Source: an uncultured delta proteobacterium (GTDB lineage: Bacteria > Myxococcota_A > Polyangia > Polyangiales > Polyangiaceae). Taken from it: a DNA stretch of 64,000 nucleotides. Under the pieces are notes generated by a model, which searched no databases, was not told the DNA's origin, and saw only the letters and a list, made by a program, of their open reading frames with translations. The stretch lies in assembly GCA_963850305.1 (NCBI GenBank), contig CAWKKR010000008.1:224001-288000 (forward strand), read 5' to 3'. The position numbers and the translations under genes are program-made. Numbering within the stretch: the stretch's first letter is position 1; every line of letters begins with the position of its first letter. Below, one piece after another: positions 8,739 to 18,361 of the stretch.

Positions 8739-11700
8739 CCCTCCGCGGCCGTTCAGTCGCCCTCGCGGCGCTCGGCGTCTTGCTCTGTCAGACGACGCGC
8801 GCCGCCACGTCGCCCGACGATACGACGGCTGCCCTCAGCGCCGCCGCGTCGCAGACGAGCCAGCTGAGGGCCCGGGGCGAGCGGAAGCTCGCACCAGTGG
8901 AGCGCCCTACCGTGAAGAAAGAGGCCGACGATTCGGAGGAGGCCAAACGCAAGGGTCGCGTCAGCATGCAGATCCCGGAGCGGCTCCGCGCGACGCTCGA
9001 ACGCCAGATCGACGCTCGCATCGACCGCGATATCGCCGCAGAAAAAGCGCTGCGCCACGAAGCGATGGGGCTCCTCGAGAAGTTCGTCGCGGAGACGCCG
9101 AAGGACGCGAGCGACATGCCCGAAGCGCTGCTACGCCTCGGCGAGCTCGAGTGGGAAGACTCGCGGGATGGCTTTCTCGACCGGTTCAAGAAGTGGGAAG
9201 CGACACCCGGCGAGCAGCGTGGCCCCACTCCCGAGCCCGACTACCACAAGCCGCGCGAGCGCTTCCTCACCGTGCTCCGCAACTACAAGACGTACCGCGA
9301 GTACGATCTCGCACTCTACATCGACGGCTTTCTCGCGACCGAAATGGGGAAGCCGGCCGAGGCGCTCGACCGATTCAACAAGCTGCTCGCCTGGTTCCCG
9401 AAGAGCCGGTTCGTCCCCGACGCACACATGGTTCGCGCCGAATACGAGTTCATCAAAGACGTCCCGGACTACAAGGTCGCCTACGACGAGTACGAACAGG
9501 TCCTGAAATTCAAGTCGAGCGAGCTCTACGACATCGCGCTCTTCAAGAGCGCATGGTGCCTCTGGCGACTCGGCCAGACGGACGAAGCAGCGCGCCGGTT
9601 CCTGGTCGTGTTCAAGTCGAGCGCGGAGGCGGGCGACAACGTCAGCGTCAAGCGCCGCGCAGAGCTCGACGAGCTCCAGGCGGAGGCCCTGAAGAACCTC
9701 GTCGCCGTGTTCGCGGAGGACGAGAAGAATAGCGCGGACGACATGTACCGCTTCCTCGTCAAGGCCGGCGGCGCGAAGTTCGCGGGCGAGATCGTGCGCG
9801 CCCTCGCCGGCGCATTCTACGATCAGGCGCAATACGAGCGCGGCATCGAGGCGTACCGGCTGCTCCTGAAGCTCGAACCGATGAGCCCGCACGCGTACGA
9901 GTACGGCCTCTACATCGCGCAAGCACAGTCCACGATGCAGCTCTGGGACGACCTCGACGCACAATACCGGCGCGTCATCGCCGACTATACCGTGCCGAAA
10001 GGGACCCCGGGCGCACCGCTGCCACAGCTCAGCGCGTGGGTGCGCGCACAGCCCGAGCCTGTGTTGCGCAAGGCCGAAAGCGCCATCGAACACCAGCTTC
10101 ACCAGGACACCGTGGGTCTCCACGCGAAGGCGCAGGCGGACAAGACGAGCCGCGTCGAGTACCAGGCTGCCGCGAAACTCTACGAGACGTACCTCGGTAC
10201 CTTCTCGACGAACGCCGACGCGTACGACATGAGCTTCAACCTCGGCGAGATCTACTTTTATCACCTCGGCGACGAGACGAAGGCCGCGGACGCGTACCTC
10301 GGCGCCGTGCGGATGAACCCGTCCGGGCCGCTCTCGCGCGACGCGCTCTACAACGCACTCGCCGCGCTCGAGACCTCGCGCGAGAAGGAGCTCGCGGCGA
10401 ACAAGGCCGCCGGGAAGAGACAGGAAGAGACGCCGACCGACAAGAAGCTCACCGAAGCCATGGAGCTCTACATCAAGACGTACCCGAGCGACAAGGAGGT
10501 CCCCGAGCTCCTCTTTCGTCAGGGCAAGCTCTATTACGACTACGCGGTGTTCGACCCCGCGGTCCGGCAGTGGGGGCTCTTGCTCGAGAAGTTCCCGAAC
10601 AGCCAGTTTGCGGTCGGCGCAGGCGAGCTCATCCTGGACTCCTTCAACAAGAGCAAGGACTACTCGAACATCGAGACGTGGGCGCGCCGGTTGAAGACCG
10701 CGCCCGCGTTCCAGACGCCGACGCAGCAGGCGCGCCTCGACACGCTGATCGTGCAAGCCGTGTTCAAGCAGGGCGAGCAGGCGAGCGAAGCTGGCGATCA
10801 CGACGGCGCGGCGGCGGCATACCTGCGCGCCGCAAAGGAGTTTCCGAAGGAACCCCGCGCCGCGCAGGCCGCGGTCGACGCGGAGACCGAGGCGCGTCGC
10901 AGCGGCGACTTCGACACACTCCGGGCCGCTGCGGATCTGCTCGTCAAGGACCACGCGAATGGCGAGGAAGCTCCCGAGGGAGTCTGGCTCGCCGCGACGG
11001 CGTACCAATCCGTGGGCCTGTTCTCCGAAGCGGCGGACTACGACGAAATCGCGGCCACCAGATGGCCCAAGAGCGAGCACGGCAAGGACGCGGCCTACAA
11101 CGCGGTGCTCCTTCGCACCACGGTCGGCGAGCATGACAAGGCGATCGCCGACGGACAGAGCTATCAGCGAAGATACCCCCGCGGCGACGATGTCGATGAA
11201 GTGACGTTTCTCATGGGAAAGGCCCACGAGAATGCCCAGAAGTGGAAGGACGCCGAGTCGCTCTACGCGCACTACGCGCAGTCGGCCCGGAGCGCGTCGA
11301 GCCGCATCGAGGCGTTCGTGCGGCTCGCGACGGTCCGGTTGCGCCTCGGGGACGAGCGAGGAGCGGCCGCGTCGCTCGGGAGCGCGATGCAGGCGTATCG
11401 CACGTACAAGCGAACGCTCGACGACCAGGGCAAGTACTTTGCGGCAAAGGCGCACTACATGCAGGGCGAGCGCGTGCTCGCCGACTTCGACAAGATCGCG
11501 ATCGAGGGTGACGTCGAACAGCTGAAGAACCGTCTCAAGAAGAAGAGCGAACTCCTGAAGCGCGCCGCCGACACGTTCCTCGAGACCGCGGAGATGGGCG
11601 TCGCCGAGTGGACGACGGCGGCGCTCTATCAGATCGGCGTGACGTACGAATCGTTCTCCACCGCGCTCCTCGCTTCACCGCCGCCGGCGGCGCTGAACGC

Positions 11701-12058
11701 CCAGCAAAAGGATCAATATTCGCAACAGATCGACGAGTTCGTCGTCCCGATCGAGGAGAAGAGCCTCGAGGCCTACGAGAGCGGATGGCAAAAGGCCATC
11801 GAGCTCGGCATCTTCAATCAATGGACCGCGAAAATGCGGGAAGCGCTCGGGCGCCTGAACACGGAGCTCTATCCGCCGCTCAGGGAGACGGGCTTCGAGA
11901 TCCGCTCGCGCGGGCCGTCGCCGCTGCCGGCCCTGATTCCCGCGCCGCGCCGCGGGCCCGACGGGAAGAGTCTCGCGTACCTCGTTCCGGCGCCCAGGCC
12001 GTCCGAGTCCGCAGAGCACGCCGCAACCAAATCCGCACCGACAAAAGGCTCGAGATGA
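8735..12058 (+). CDS. GltD/AgmU-like large exported TPR protein
   Basis: 1107 aa, many TPRs; C-terminal PIEEKSLEAYE...ELGIFNQWTAKMREALGRLN resembles the AgmU-type end; GTGA overlap. Confidence 0.72.
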   Translation: MTLRGRSVALAALGVLLCQTTRAATSPDDTTAALSAAASQTSQLRARGERKLAPVERPTVKKEADDSEEAKRKGRVSMQIPERLRATLERQIDARIDRDIAAEKALRHEAMGLLEKFVAETPKDASDMPEALLRLGELEWEDSRDGFLDRFKKWEATPGEQRGPTPEPDYHKPRERFLTVLRNYKTYREYDLALYIDGFLATEMGKPAEALDRFNKLLAWFPKSRFVPDAHMVRAEYEFIKDVPDYKVAYDEYEQVLKFKSSELYDIALFKSAWCLWRLGQTDEAARRFLVVFKSSAEAGDNVSVKRRAELDELQAEALKNLVAVFAEDEKNSADDMYRFLVKAGGAKFAGEIVRALAGAFYDQAQYERGIEAYRLLLKLEPMSPHAYEYGLYIAQAQSTMQLWDDLDAQYRRVIADYTVPKGTPGAPLPQLSAWVRAQPEPVLRKAESAIEHQLHQDTVGLHAKAQADKTSRVEYQAAAKLYETYLGTFSTNADAYDMSFNLGEIYFYHLGDETKAADAYLGAVRMNPSGPLSRDALYNALAALETSREKELAANKAAGKRQEETPTDKKLTEAMELYIKTYPSDKEVPELLFRQGKLYYDYAVFDPAVRQWGLLLEKFPNSQFAVGAGELILDSFNKSKDYSNIETWARRLKTAPAFQTPTQQARLDTLIVQAVFKQGEQASEAGDHDGAAAAYLRAAKEFPKEPRAAQAAVDAETEARRSGDFDTLRAAADLLVKDHANGEEAPEGVWLAATAYQSVGLFSEAADYDEIAATRWPKSEHGKDAAYNAVLLRTTVGEHDKAIADGQSYQRRYPRGDDVDEVTFLMGKAHENAQKWKDAESLYAHYAQSARSASSRIEAFVRLATVRLRLGDERGAAASLGSAMQAYRTYKRTLDDQGKYFAAKAHYMQGERVLADFDKIAIEGDVEQLKNRLKKKSELLKRAADTFLETAEMGVAEWTTAALYQIGVTYESFSTALLASPPPAALNAQQKDQYSQQIDEFVVPIEEKSLEAYESGWQKAIELGIFNQWTAKMREALGRLNTELYPPLRETGFEIRSRGPSPLPALIPAPRRGPDGKSLAYLVPAPRPSESAEHAATKSAPTKGSR

Positions 12059-13254
12059 TGTTGGCGCGAATTTGTTCGAACGGCGTATTCACGTGGGCGG
12101 CGCTGTCTCTCGTCGTGGCGTGCGCCGGAGCGAAGAAGCAGCCAGAGGCGCCCACGCTCACTCAGGTCGACACCGCCGCGCTCGGACAGATGGTGCAAGG
12201 GGTGCAGACCGCGGAGGCGCCCGATGCGCGGGATCGCGCCATCGCCTTGCTCGAGCAGGCGGCCACGAAGGATCCGGCGCTCTGGGAAGCGCGGTACAAC
12301 GCCGGCGTGCTGCTCGCGGAGCGCGACAAGCTCGCCGACGCGGAGAAGTACCTGACGAGGGCCGCGGAGCTCGCGCCGAATGCCGAAGACGTTGCACTCG
12401 CGCTCGGAGAAGTGCGGAGGCGTCGCGGTGAAGCAAGCCTCGCCGCGGACGGTCTCGCGTCGTTCGTCGCGTCGTACCCCGACGCGGTGGCGTCGCGCAT
12501 CGCGCTCGTGGGGGCCCTGCGCGAGAGTGATCGCATCGATGAAGCGATGACCCAGGCAGAGGAGGTCTTGAAGCGCCGTCCGAACGACCCGGACGCTCTC
12601 GCCGCACTCGCGCTGGCACATCTCGACCGGGGAGAGGCGGACACCGCCGAGCTCCTGTCGAACGAGAGCCTGAAATCCGAGCACAAGACCGCTCTCGTCG
12701 AACGCACCGCGGGCCTCATTGCGCTCGAGCGCGGGGACGACGCGATCGCGTTCCAGCATTTTGCGCGGGCGTCGGAGCTCGATCCGAACGACACGACCGC
12801 CCGCATGAACATGGGCGTCGTGCTGCTCCAGGCCGGCGTCTATCCGCGCGCGGAAAAGGAGTTCCGCGGCGTCCTCGACGTCGAGCCGAAGAACGACGAG
12901 GCGACCCTGGGCCTCGCGGCGTCCCTCCGCGGCCAGGGGAAGCGCGAGAGTCCAGGGCCGTATCTCGAAGCCGAGAAGCTCCTGCAGTCGCTCCTCGATC
13001 GAAGGCCGGACCAGATTGCCGCGCTCTTCAATCTCGCCGTGCTCTACTCCGACTTTCTCGAGAAGCCCGACAAGGCGCGCCCGCTGTACCAGCGGTTTCT
13101 GGACGACGCGCCCGCGAAGCACCCGTCACGCCCGATCGCGGAGAAATTCCTGAAGGACTCGGCACAGCCGGCTGCCCCGGCACCGGCGCCCGCAAAGACG
13201 CCCACCGGTCCGGCCACGACCCCCGCCGGCCTGACCACGACGGACGCGCCGTGA
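12055..13254 (+). CDS. GltE/AglT-like TPR lipoprotein
   Basis: Lipobox LVVAC; TPRs (ARYNAGVLL, ARMNMGVVLL, ALFNLAVLY); ATGA overlap. Confidence 0.7.
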   Translation: MMLARICSNGVFTWAALSLVVACAGAKKQPEAPTLTQVDTAALGQMVQGVQTAEAPDARDRAIALLEQAATKDPALWEARYNAGVLLAERDKLADAEKYLTRAAELAPNAEDVALALGEVRRRRGEASLAADGLASFVASYPDAVASRIALVGALRESDRIDEAMTQAEEVLKRRPNDPDALAALALAHLDRGEADTAELLSNESLKSEHKTALVERTAGLIALERGDDAIAFQHFARASELDPNDTTARMNMGVVLLQAGVYPRAEKEFRGVLDVEPKNDEATLGLAASLRGQGKRESPGPYLEAEKLLQSLLDRRPDQIAALFNLAVLYSDFLEKPDKARPLYQRFLDDAPAKHPSRPIAEKFLKDSAQPAAPAPAPAKTPTGPATTPAGLTTTDAP

Positions 13255-13299
13255 TTCGATTCGGGGTCAGGGTGAAAGGGGAGCATCCCAGCCGGCGCA

Positions 13300-13327
13300 T
13301 TGACACGCGGTGGGCGCAGTGCAAAAT
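13300..13327 (+). promoter_or_regulatory. Sigma70-like promoter of vapBC with overlapping TGCA palindromes
   Basis: TTGACA (13300-13305), 16-bp spacer, CAAAAT (13322-13327); TGCAAAATGCATTGCATGC overlaps the -10 and the start codon. Confidence 0.6.
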
Positions 13328-13334
13328 GCATTGC

Positions 13335-13598
13335 ATGCCCGATCGTGCCGATGCACAGCTCACCTTCCGCCTCCCGCAGAAGATCGCCGCCGAGCTGACT
13401 CGAATCGCCCATCGGCGCGGACTTCGACGCTCGGATCTCTTGCGACAGGTCGTCGAGCAAGTGGTGGCCAGCGACGGCAATGTCGGACAGCGTCTTGAAC
13501 GCGTGAAGGATCTCATCGGCATCGTCCATTCCGGGCAGCCGGACCTGGGCAGCGACCATCGACGGCATCTCGCGCGCGGATTCGGGCGTGGGCGCTGA
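13335..13598 (+). CDS. Ribbon-helix-helix antitoxin (VapB-like)
   Basis: QLTFRLPQKIAAELTRIAHRRGLRRSDLLRQVV RHH pattern; overlaps the downstream PIN gene. Confidence 0.82.
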   Translation: MPDRADAQLTFRLPQKIAAELTRIAHRRGLRRSDLLRQVVEQVVASDGNVGQRLERVKDLIGIVHSGQPDLGSDHRRHLARGFGRGR

Positions 13599-14007
13599 GT
13601 TGCTGCTCGACACGGGCCCGCTCGTGGCCCTGCTCGATTCGTCGGAGCGTCGTCATGGCGACTGCGCCGCTATCTTTTCCGCATGGCACGGCGGCGTCAC
13701 GACGACGGAAGCCGTCGTGACGGAGGCTGCATACCTGCTCTCGTCCACCGGCGCGGACGGAGCGGTGGCGATCGAATTTTGCACGCGGGGAGGCGCGGTC
13801 ATCAAATCGTGGAACGACGCCCGTGCGCAGCGTTCGGTCGAGTTGATGCGCAAGTATCACGACGTTCCCATGGACTACGCGGATGCGTCGCTCGTCGCTC
13901 TGGCGGAAGAACTGGGCACAGCCGACGTGTTCACCCTCGATTTCCGCGGATTCAGGGCCTACCGCTGGCAAGGCCGCCGTGCGTTTCGAATTCATCCCTC
14001 GATGTAG
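13588..14007 (+). CDS. vapC: PIN-domain toxin
   Basis: LLLDTGPLVAL, VVTEAAYLL, MDYADASLVALAE and FTLD: the PIN acidic tetrad. Confidence 0.92.
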   Translation: MGAELLLDTGPLVALLDSSERRHGDCAAIFSAWHGGVTTTEAVVTEAAYLLSSTGADGAVAIEFCTRGGAVIKSWNDARAQRSVELMRKYHDVPMDYADASLVALAEELGTADVFTLDFRGFRAYRWQGRRAFRIHPSM

Positions 14008-14046
14008 CCCCGTCACGCGAGCGGACCGTGACAACCCCGCCGGGCC

Positions 14047-14820
14047 TCACGTCATCCACGCCACGAGCGCGACGCCGAACGCCAGTGCGCCCCCGAGGAC
14101 AATGCTTCCCGTCAGTGCGACCGCAACACGGAGCGCGGTGCGGCGCTGACGTTCGCCGAGACCGCGAGCGCCGGTCATGTACGCCATCGTTGCGAAGCGC
14201 GGGATGCGGATGGCGGCGCCGAGCTCCGCCGTGGCTCTTCGGATGCCGTGGGCGGCGCAGCCCGCCGCGAATCCGAACGGCGACGTGATCAAATCCCAGC
14301 CACAGGAGTAAAGCGCGTACCGCAGGCAGTGCGACGCGCGTCCTTTCGCCCCGGTGACCCGAATACCGAGCTCGAGGCCCGACGCCCAGAGGACGTGCAG
14401 TCCGACCATGACGAGGGCCAGCGCCGGCACGGAGAGCACCGAGACCGACACCACGACATGACGGCGAGCCGGGTCGGCGAGCAGGGATTCGACCAGACCC
14501 GGCGAGAGAGCGTACAGGAAGGGCAGCCACAGGCACGCGAGGCTGCCGATCGCGAGGAGCTCGCACGTCAGCGCGAATCCGAACGCAGCTCCGACGTTGC
14601 CCTCGCCGAAGGTCCCGAAGAACGTCTCGCCGTTCACGGTGGAGAGGCGTGCGGTCTCCCAGAGCCGTCGGAAGAGAGGCAGCTCGCGCGCTTCCCACGG
14701 CGTCGCGCCAGCGGCCGACTCCACGGGAGGACAACCGGCGCAATCGGCCCTCCCGCACCGAAGGCAGAACACCGCCGCCGGGACGTCCGAGTCGTCGGGC
14801 GTGTTCGCGGCTTCGGCCAT
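14047..14820 (-). CDS. Membrane protein with an N-terminal CxxC-x3-CxxC motif
   Basis: CLRCGRADCAGC, TPWE motif, several TM segments. Confidence 0.7.
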   Translation of the reverse strand: MAEAANTPDDSDVPAAVFCLRCGRADCAGCPPVESAAGATPWEARELPLFRRLWETARLSTVNGETFFGTFGEGNVGAAFGFALTCELLAIGSLACLWLPFLYALSPGLVESLLADPARRHVVVSVSVLSVPALALVMVGLHVLWASGLELGIRVTGAKGRASHCLRYALYSCGWDLITSPFGFAAGCAAHGIRRATAELGAAIRIPRFATMAYMTGARGLGERQRRTALRVAVALTGSIVLGGALAFGVALVAWMT

Positions 14821-14890
14821 CCCACCTTCGGTAGCATGACACGCGCTCGTTGCCACGAAAGCGCGCGCCGTGGGCTATGTTCGTGTGCCC

Positions 14891-16321
14891 ATGAACGACG
14901 CGTTCCCGAATTTCGAGACGCCGCTCTCGCCGTCGCGACGCCTGTTCGCGAATCGGACCCTCAACATGAAGGCGATCGCCGCGGTCGGCTTCGACATGGA
15001 CTACACGCTCGTACACTATCGCACGGAGGAGTGGGAGCGCCGCGCCTATGACCATGCGCTCGCGCGCATCGCGGCGCTCGAGTGGAAGCTCGGCGAGCTC
15101 GAGTACGACCACGACGCGTTCACCGTCGGGCTCATCGTCGATCAGGAGCTCGGCAATGTCGTCAAGGCGAACCGCTTCGGCTTCGTGAAGCGGGCCTCGC
15201 ACGGGATGCGGATGCTGTCGTTCGAAGAGCAGCGCGCCGTTTACTCGCGCGTACAGATCGATCTCGCCGAACCACGGTTCCGCTTCATGAACACGCTGTT
15301 CTCCCTCTCGGAGACGTGCCTGTTCGCGCAGCTCGTCGAGCTCATCGACGCGGGCCGTCTGCCTGCGGGCGTCGACTACGAGAAGGCGTTTCGCGTCGTG
15401 CGAACGAGCCTCGACGCGGCGCACCTCGAAGGCGAGCTGAAGGCGGAGATCGTCGCCAATCCGGACCGCTTCGTCGAGCTCGACGAGGAGCTCCCGGTCG
15501 CGCTCCTCGATCTCAAGCACGCAGGCAAGAAGCTCATGGTGATCACGAACTCGGAGTGGGGTTATGCGCGCTCGATGATGAGCTACGCCTTCGATCGATT
15601 CGTGCCCGGCGGGTGGCGCACGCTGTTCGAGCTCGTGATCGTCGGGGCCCGGAAGCCGGACTTCTTCACCACGAACGCGCCGATCTTCGAGATCGTCGAC
15701 GACAGCGGCCTGCTCCGGTCGAGCGCCGGGCCCCTGCGCGACGGCGCCGCGTACCTCGGCGGTCATGCGCGCCTGGTCGAGGAGTTCGTGGGACGTCCGG
15801 GAGAAGACATTCTCTACGTCGGCGATCATATGTTCGCGGACGTGCACGTCACCAAGAGCATCTTGAGGTGGCGGACCGCGCTCGTGCTGCGCGCGCTGGA
15901 GGCCGAGCTCTCGGCGCTCGAGTCGTTTCACGACCGACAAGCGGAGCTCGACGCGCTGATGCTCGAGAAAGAGCGGCTCGAGTCGGTCCATGACCGCCTG
16001 CGCATCGAACTCCAGCGCGAAGACGCGGGCTACGGCCCGAAGAGTGGAGTATCGGCAGCCCAGGTCCGGCGACGTTTGAACGAGCTGCGGCGCGAGCTCG
16101 AGGCCCTCGACGGTCTCGCCGCGCCGCTGTCACGGCAAGCGTCCGAGCTCGTCAACCTCCGCTGGGGTCCACCCATGCGCGCCGGAAACGACAAGAGCCA
16201 GCTCGCGCGTCAGGTCGAGCGTTACGCCGACGTCTACACGTCCCGCGTCGCGAATTTCCTGCACGCGACGCCGTTCGCGTACGTGAGATCCCCGCGTGGC
16301 AGCTTGCCGCACGACCCATGA
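14891..16321 (+). CDS. HAD-IG family 5'-nucleotidase (cN-II-like)
   Basis: GFDMDYTLVHY, VITNS, ARKPDFF, YVGDHMFADV. Confidence 0.93.
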   Translation: MNDAFPNFETPLSPSRRLFANRTLNMKAIAAVGFDMDYTLVHYRTEEWERRAYDHALARIAALEWKLGELEYDHDAFTVGLIVDQELGNVVKANRFGFVKRASHGMRMLSFEEQRAVYSRVQIDLAEPRFRFMNTLFSLSETCLFAQLVELIDAGRLPAGVDYEKAFRVVRTSLDAAHLEGELKAEIVANPDRFVELDEELPVALLDLKHAGKKLMVITNSEWGYARSMMSYAFDRFVPGGWRTLFELVIVGARKPDFFTTNAPIFEIVDDSGLLRSSAGPLRDGAAYLGGHARLVEEFVGRPGEDILYVGDHMFADVHVTKSILRWRTALVLRALEAELSALESFHDRQAELDALMLEKERLESVHDRLRIELQREDAGYGPKSGVSAAQVRRRLNELRRELEALDGLAAPLSRQASELVNLRWGPPMRAGNDKSQLARQVERYADVYTSRVANFLHATPFAYVRSPRGSLPHDP

Positions 16322-16361
16322 CGAGGGACCGGACGGCGCATTTCGACTACCCTCGATTGGC

Positions 16362-17828
16362 ATGGAGAACCTCGACGCGACGGCGCAGGCCGCACTGGTT
16401 CGAAAGGGTGAGGTCACGCCGCTCGAGCTCGTCGATGCGGCGATCGCCCGGATCGAGCGCGGGAACCCGCGGCTGAACGCGGTCGTCACGGAGACGTTCG
16501 AGCGCGCTCGCGACGCCGCGCGAGGTCCGCTGCCCGACGGCGCGTTTCGCGGGGTACCGTTCCTGCTCAAAGATCTGGCGGGCGGCGCCGAGGCGGGCGT
16601 GTCCCTCACGCTCGGCTCGGCCTTCTTGCGCGATCACGTGTCGGACCACGACACCGAGCTCGTGGCGCGATTCCGCCGCGCCGGACTCGTGTTCGTCGGT
16701 CGGACCAACACGCCGGAGTTCGGCATCCCGCCGGAGACCGAGCCGGTCCTCTTCGGCCCGTGCAAGAACCCGTGGAACCCGGCGTTCTCTCCCGGTGGCT
16801 CGAGTGGCGGCGCCGCGACCGCAGTCGCGGCGCGCTTCGTTCCTTTCGCACATGCGAGCGACGCGGGCGGCTCCATCCGTATCCCCGCGTCCTGCTGCGG
16901 CGTGTTCGGACTCAAGCCCTCCCGCGGCCGAAACCCGATGGGCCCGAAGCTCGGCGAGAGCGTCGGAGGCTTCATCGCGGACGGCTGCATCTCCATCTCC
17001 GTGCGCGACAGCGCCGCTCTCCTCGACGCGACCGGCGTGCCTTCGCTCGGAGACCCTTACACTGCGCCGGGGAAGGCGCGTCCTTACGTGGACGAACTCC
17101 GTGAGCGACCCGGGCGTCTGCGTATCGCCGTCATGCGCACTCCGACGAACGGCGCAGCCGTCCATCATGACTGTCTCGCGGCTCTCGAGTCCGCGGCAAC
17201 CCTCTGTCGCGAGCTCGGACACGACGTCGTGGAGCGATCCTTCGTTCTGTCGGATCTGGGAGAATTCCTCTCGGCGTTCCTTGCGCTGTGGACGACGAAC
17301 GCCGCGCTCAACGTCGCGTACGCCGAACGGCTCGTGGGACGCACGGCGACGGAGACGGACTTCGAACCCCTCACCTGGGCGCTCGCGTCGATGGGCCGCA
17401 CCCGCACCGCGGTCGAGTACGTCGAGGCGCAGAGAAAGCTCCACCGCTTCTCGCGCGAGATCGCGGCCTTCTTCGTCGATCACGACGTCGTGCTCTCCCC
17501 CGTCATCGCCGACCCGCCGCAGCCACTCGGCCACTTCGCGTGCACCCGGGAAGATCCTCTCTCCGGCTTCATGAAGGCGGGGCTATTCGCGCCTTTCACG
17601 CCCATCTACAACGTCACCGGACAACCTGCGATGAGCGTCCCTCTCGCGTGGAACGGCGCAGGCTTGCCGATCGGCCTCCAGTTTGCCGCGCGCTACGGCG
17701 ACGAAGCGACGTTATTCCGTCTGGCCGCGCAGCTCGAAGAAGCGAGACCCTGGGCGGACGTTCACCCGCCCGGGTCCGTCGCGACGAGCCGGTACGCTAC
17801 TGCGGCGCGCTTGCTGCGATTGGAATAG
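16362..17828 (+). CDS. Amidase (amidase-signature family)
   Basis: GVPFLLKDL, PGGSSGGA, SDAGGSIRIPASCCG. Confidence 0.93.
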   Translation: MENLDATAQAALVRKGEVTPLELVDAAIARIERGNPRLNAVVTETFERARDAARGPLPDGAFRGVPFLLKDLAGGAEAGVSLTLGSAFLRDHVSDHDTELVARFRRAGLVFVGRTNTPEFGIPPETEPVLFGPCKNPWNPAFSPGGSSGGAATAVAARFVPFAHASDAGGSIRIPASCCGVFGLKPSRGRNPMGPKLGESVGGFIADGCISISVRDSAALLDATGVPSLGDPYTAPGKARPYVDELRERPGRLRIAVMRTPTNGAAVHHDCLAALESAATLCRELGHDVVERSFVLSDLGEFLSAFLALWTTNAALNVAYAERLVGRTATETDFEPLTWALASMGRTRTAVEYVEAQRKLHRFSREIAAFFVDHDVVLSPVIADPPQPLGHFACTREDPLSGFMKAGLFAPFTPIYNVTGQPAMSVPLAWNGAGLPIGLQFAARYGDEATLFRLAAQLEEARPWADVHPPGSVATSRYATAARLLRLE

Positions 17829-18316
17829 TCGCGCGGTTGGTCGGCACCGATGGCCATGACGTCGCCGGGCGCAAGTCGCACCGTTTCTCCGGTGGTGACG
17901 ACATCGATCTCGCCCATCTCGCACGCGAGGACTTCGCGCGCGCCCACGGGCTCGACACGCACACTTAGTTTGCCGCCGGGCGCGATCTCGAGCCGCTCGA
18001 ACTCGGCGGGACGAAAGCCGTCGGGGATGAGTCTCCGGATCGCGGCGCCCCCGCGCTTGCGTTCCGGCAAGCTGCACGCGCGATGGACGGCGATGGCCGC
18101 ACCACTCGCGGCAACGAGCTCCTCGATCGTCGCGCCGAGCGAATCAGCGACCTTCAGCAGCACGAGCAGCGTCGGATTCGCGGTGCCGGATTCGAGGTTC
18201 GCGATCGTGGGTCGCGGCACGGAGGAGAGCTCGGCGAGCTCCTGCTGCGTCAATCCGCGCCGTTCGCGGAGTCGCTTCACGTTCGCGGCGAGGTTCGAGG
18301 AAGTGCGGTCGGGCAT
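17762..18316 (-). CDS. XRE-family HTH regulator with cupin domain
   Basis: NVKRLRERRGLTQQELAELSSVPRPTIANLESGTANPT plus a cupin C-terminus. Confidence 0.9.
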   Translation of the reverse strand: MPDRTSSNLAANVKRLRERRGLTQQELAELSSVPRPTIANLESGTANPTLLVLLKVADSLGATIEELVAASGAAIAVHRACSLPERKRGGAAIRRLIPDGFRPAEFERLEIAPGGKLSVRVEPVGAREVLACEMGEIDVVTTGETVRLAPGDVMAIGADQPRDYSNRSKRAAVAYRLVATDPGG

Positions 18317-18361
18317 TTTGCGCCCGAGGATAGCCGGTCCGCCAATGCATCACCACGCCGG

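Noticed and set aside
6423..13122. Long antisense ORFs (e.g. 6423..8414, 9131..11455, 11869..13122) and similar ones elsewhere
   Set aside because: Shadow ORFs caused by high-GC codon bias opposite well-supported genes.
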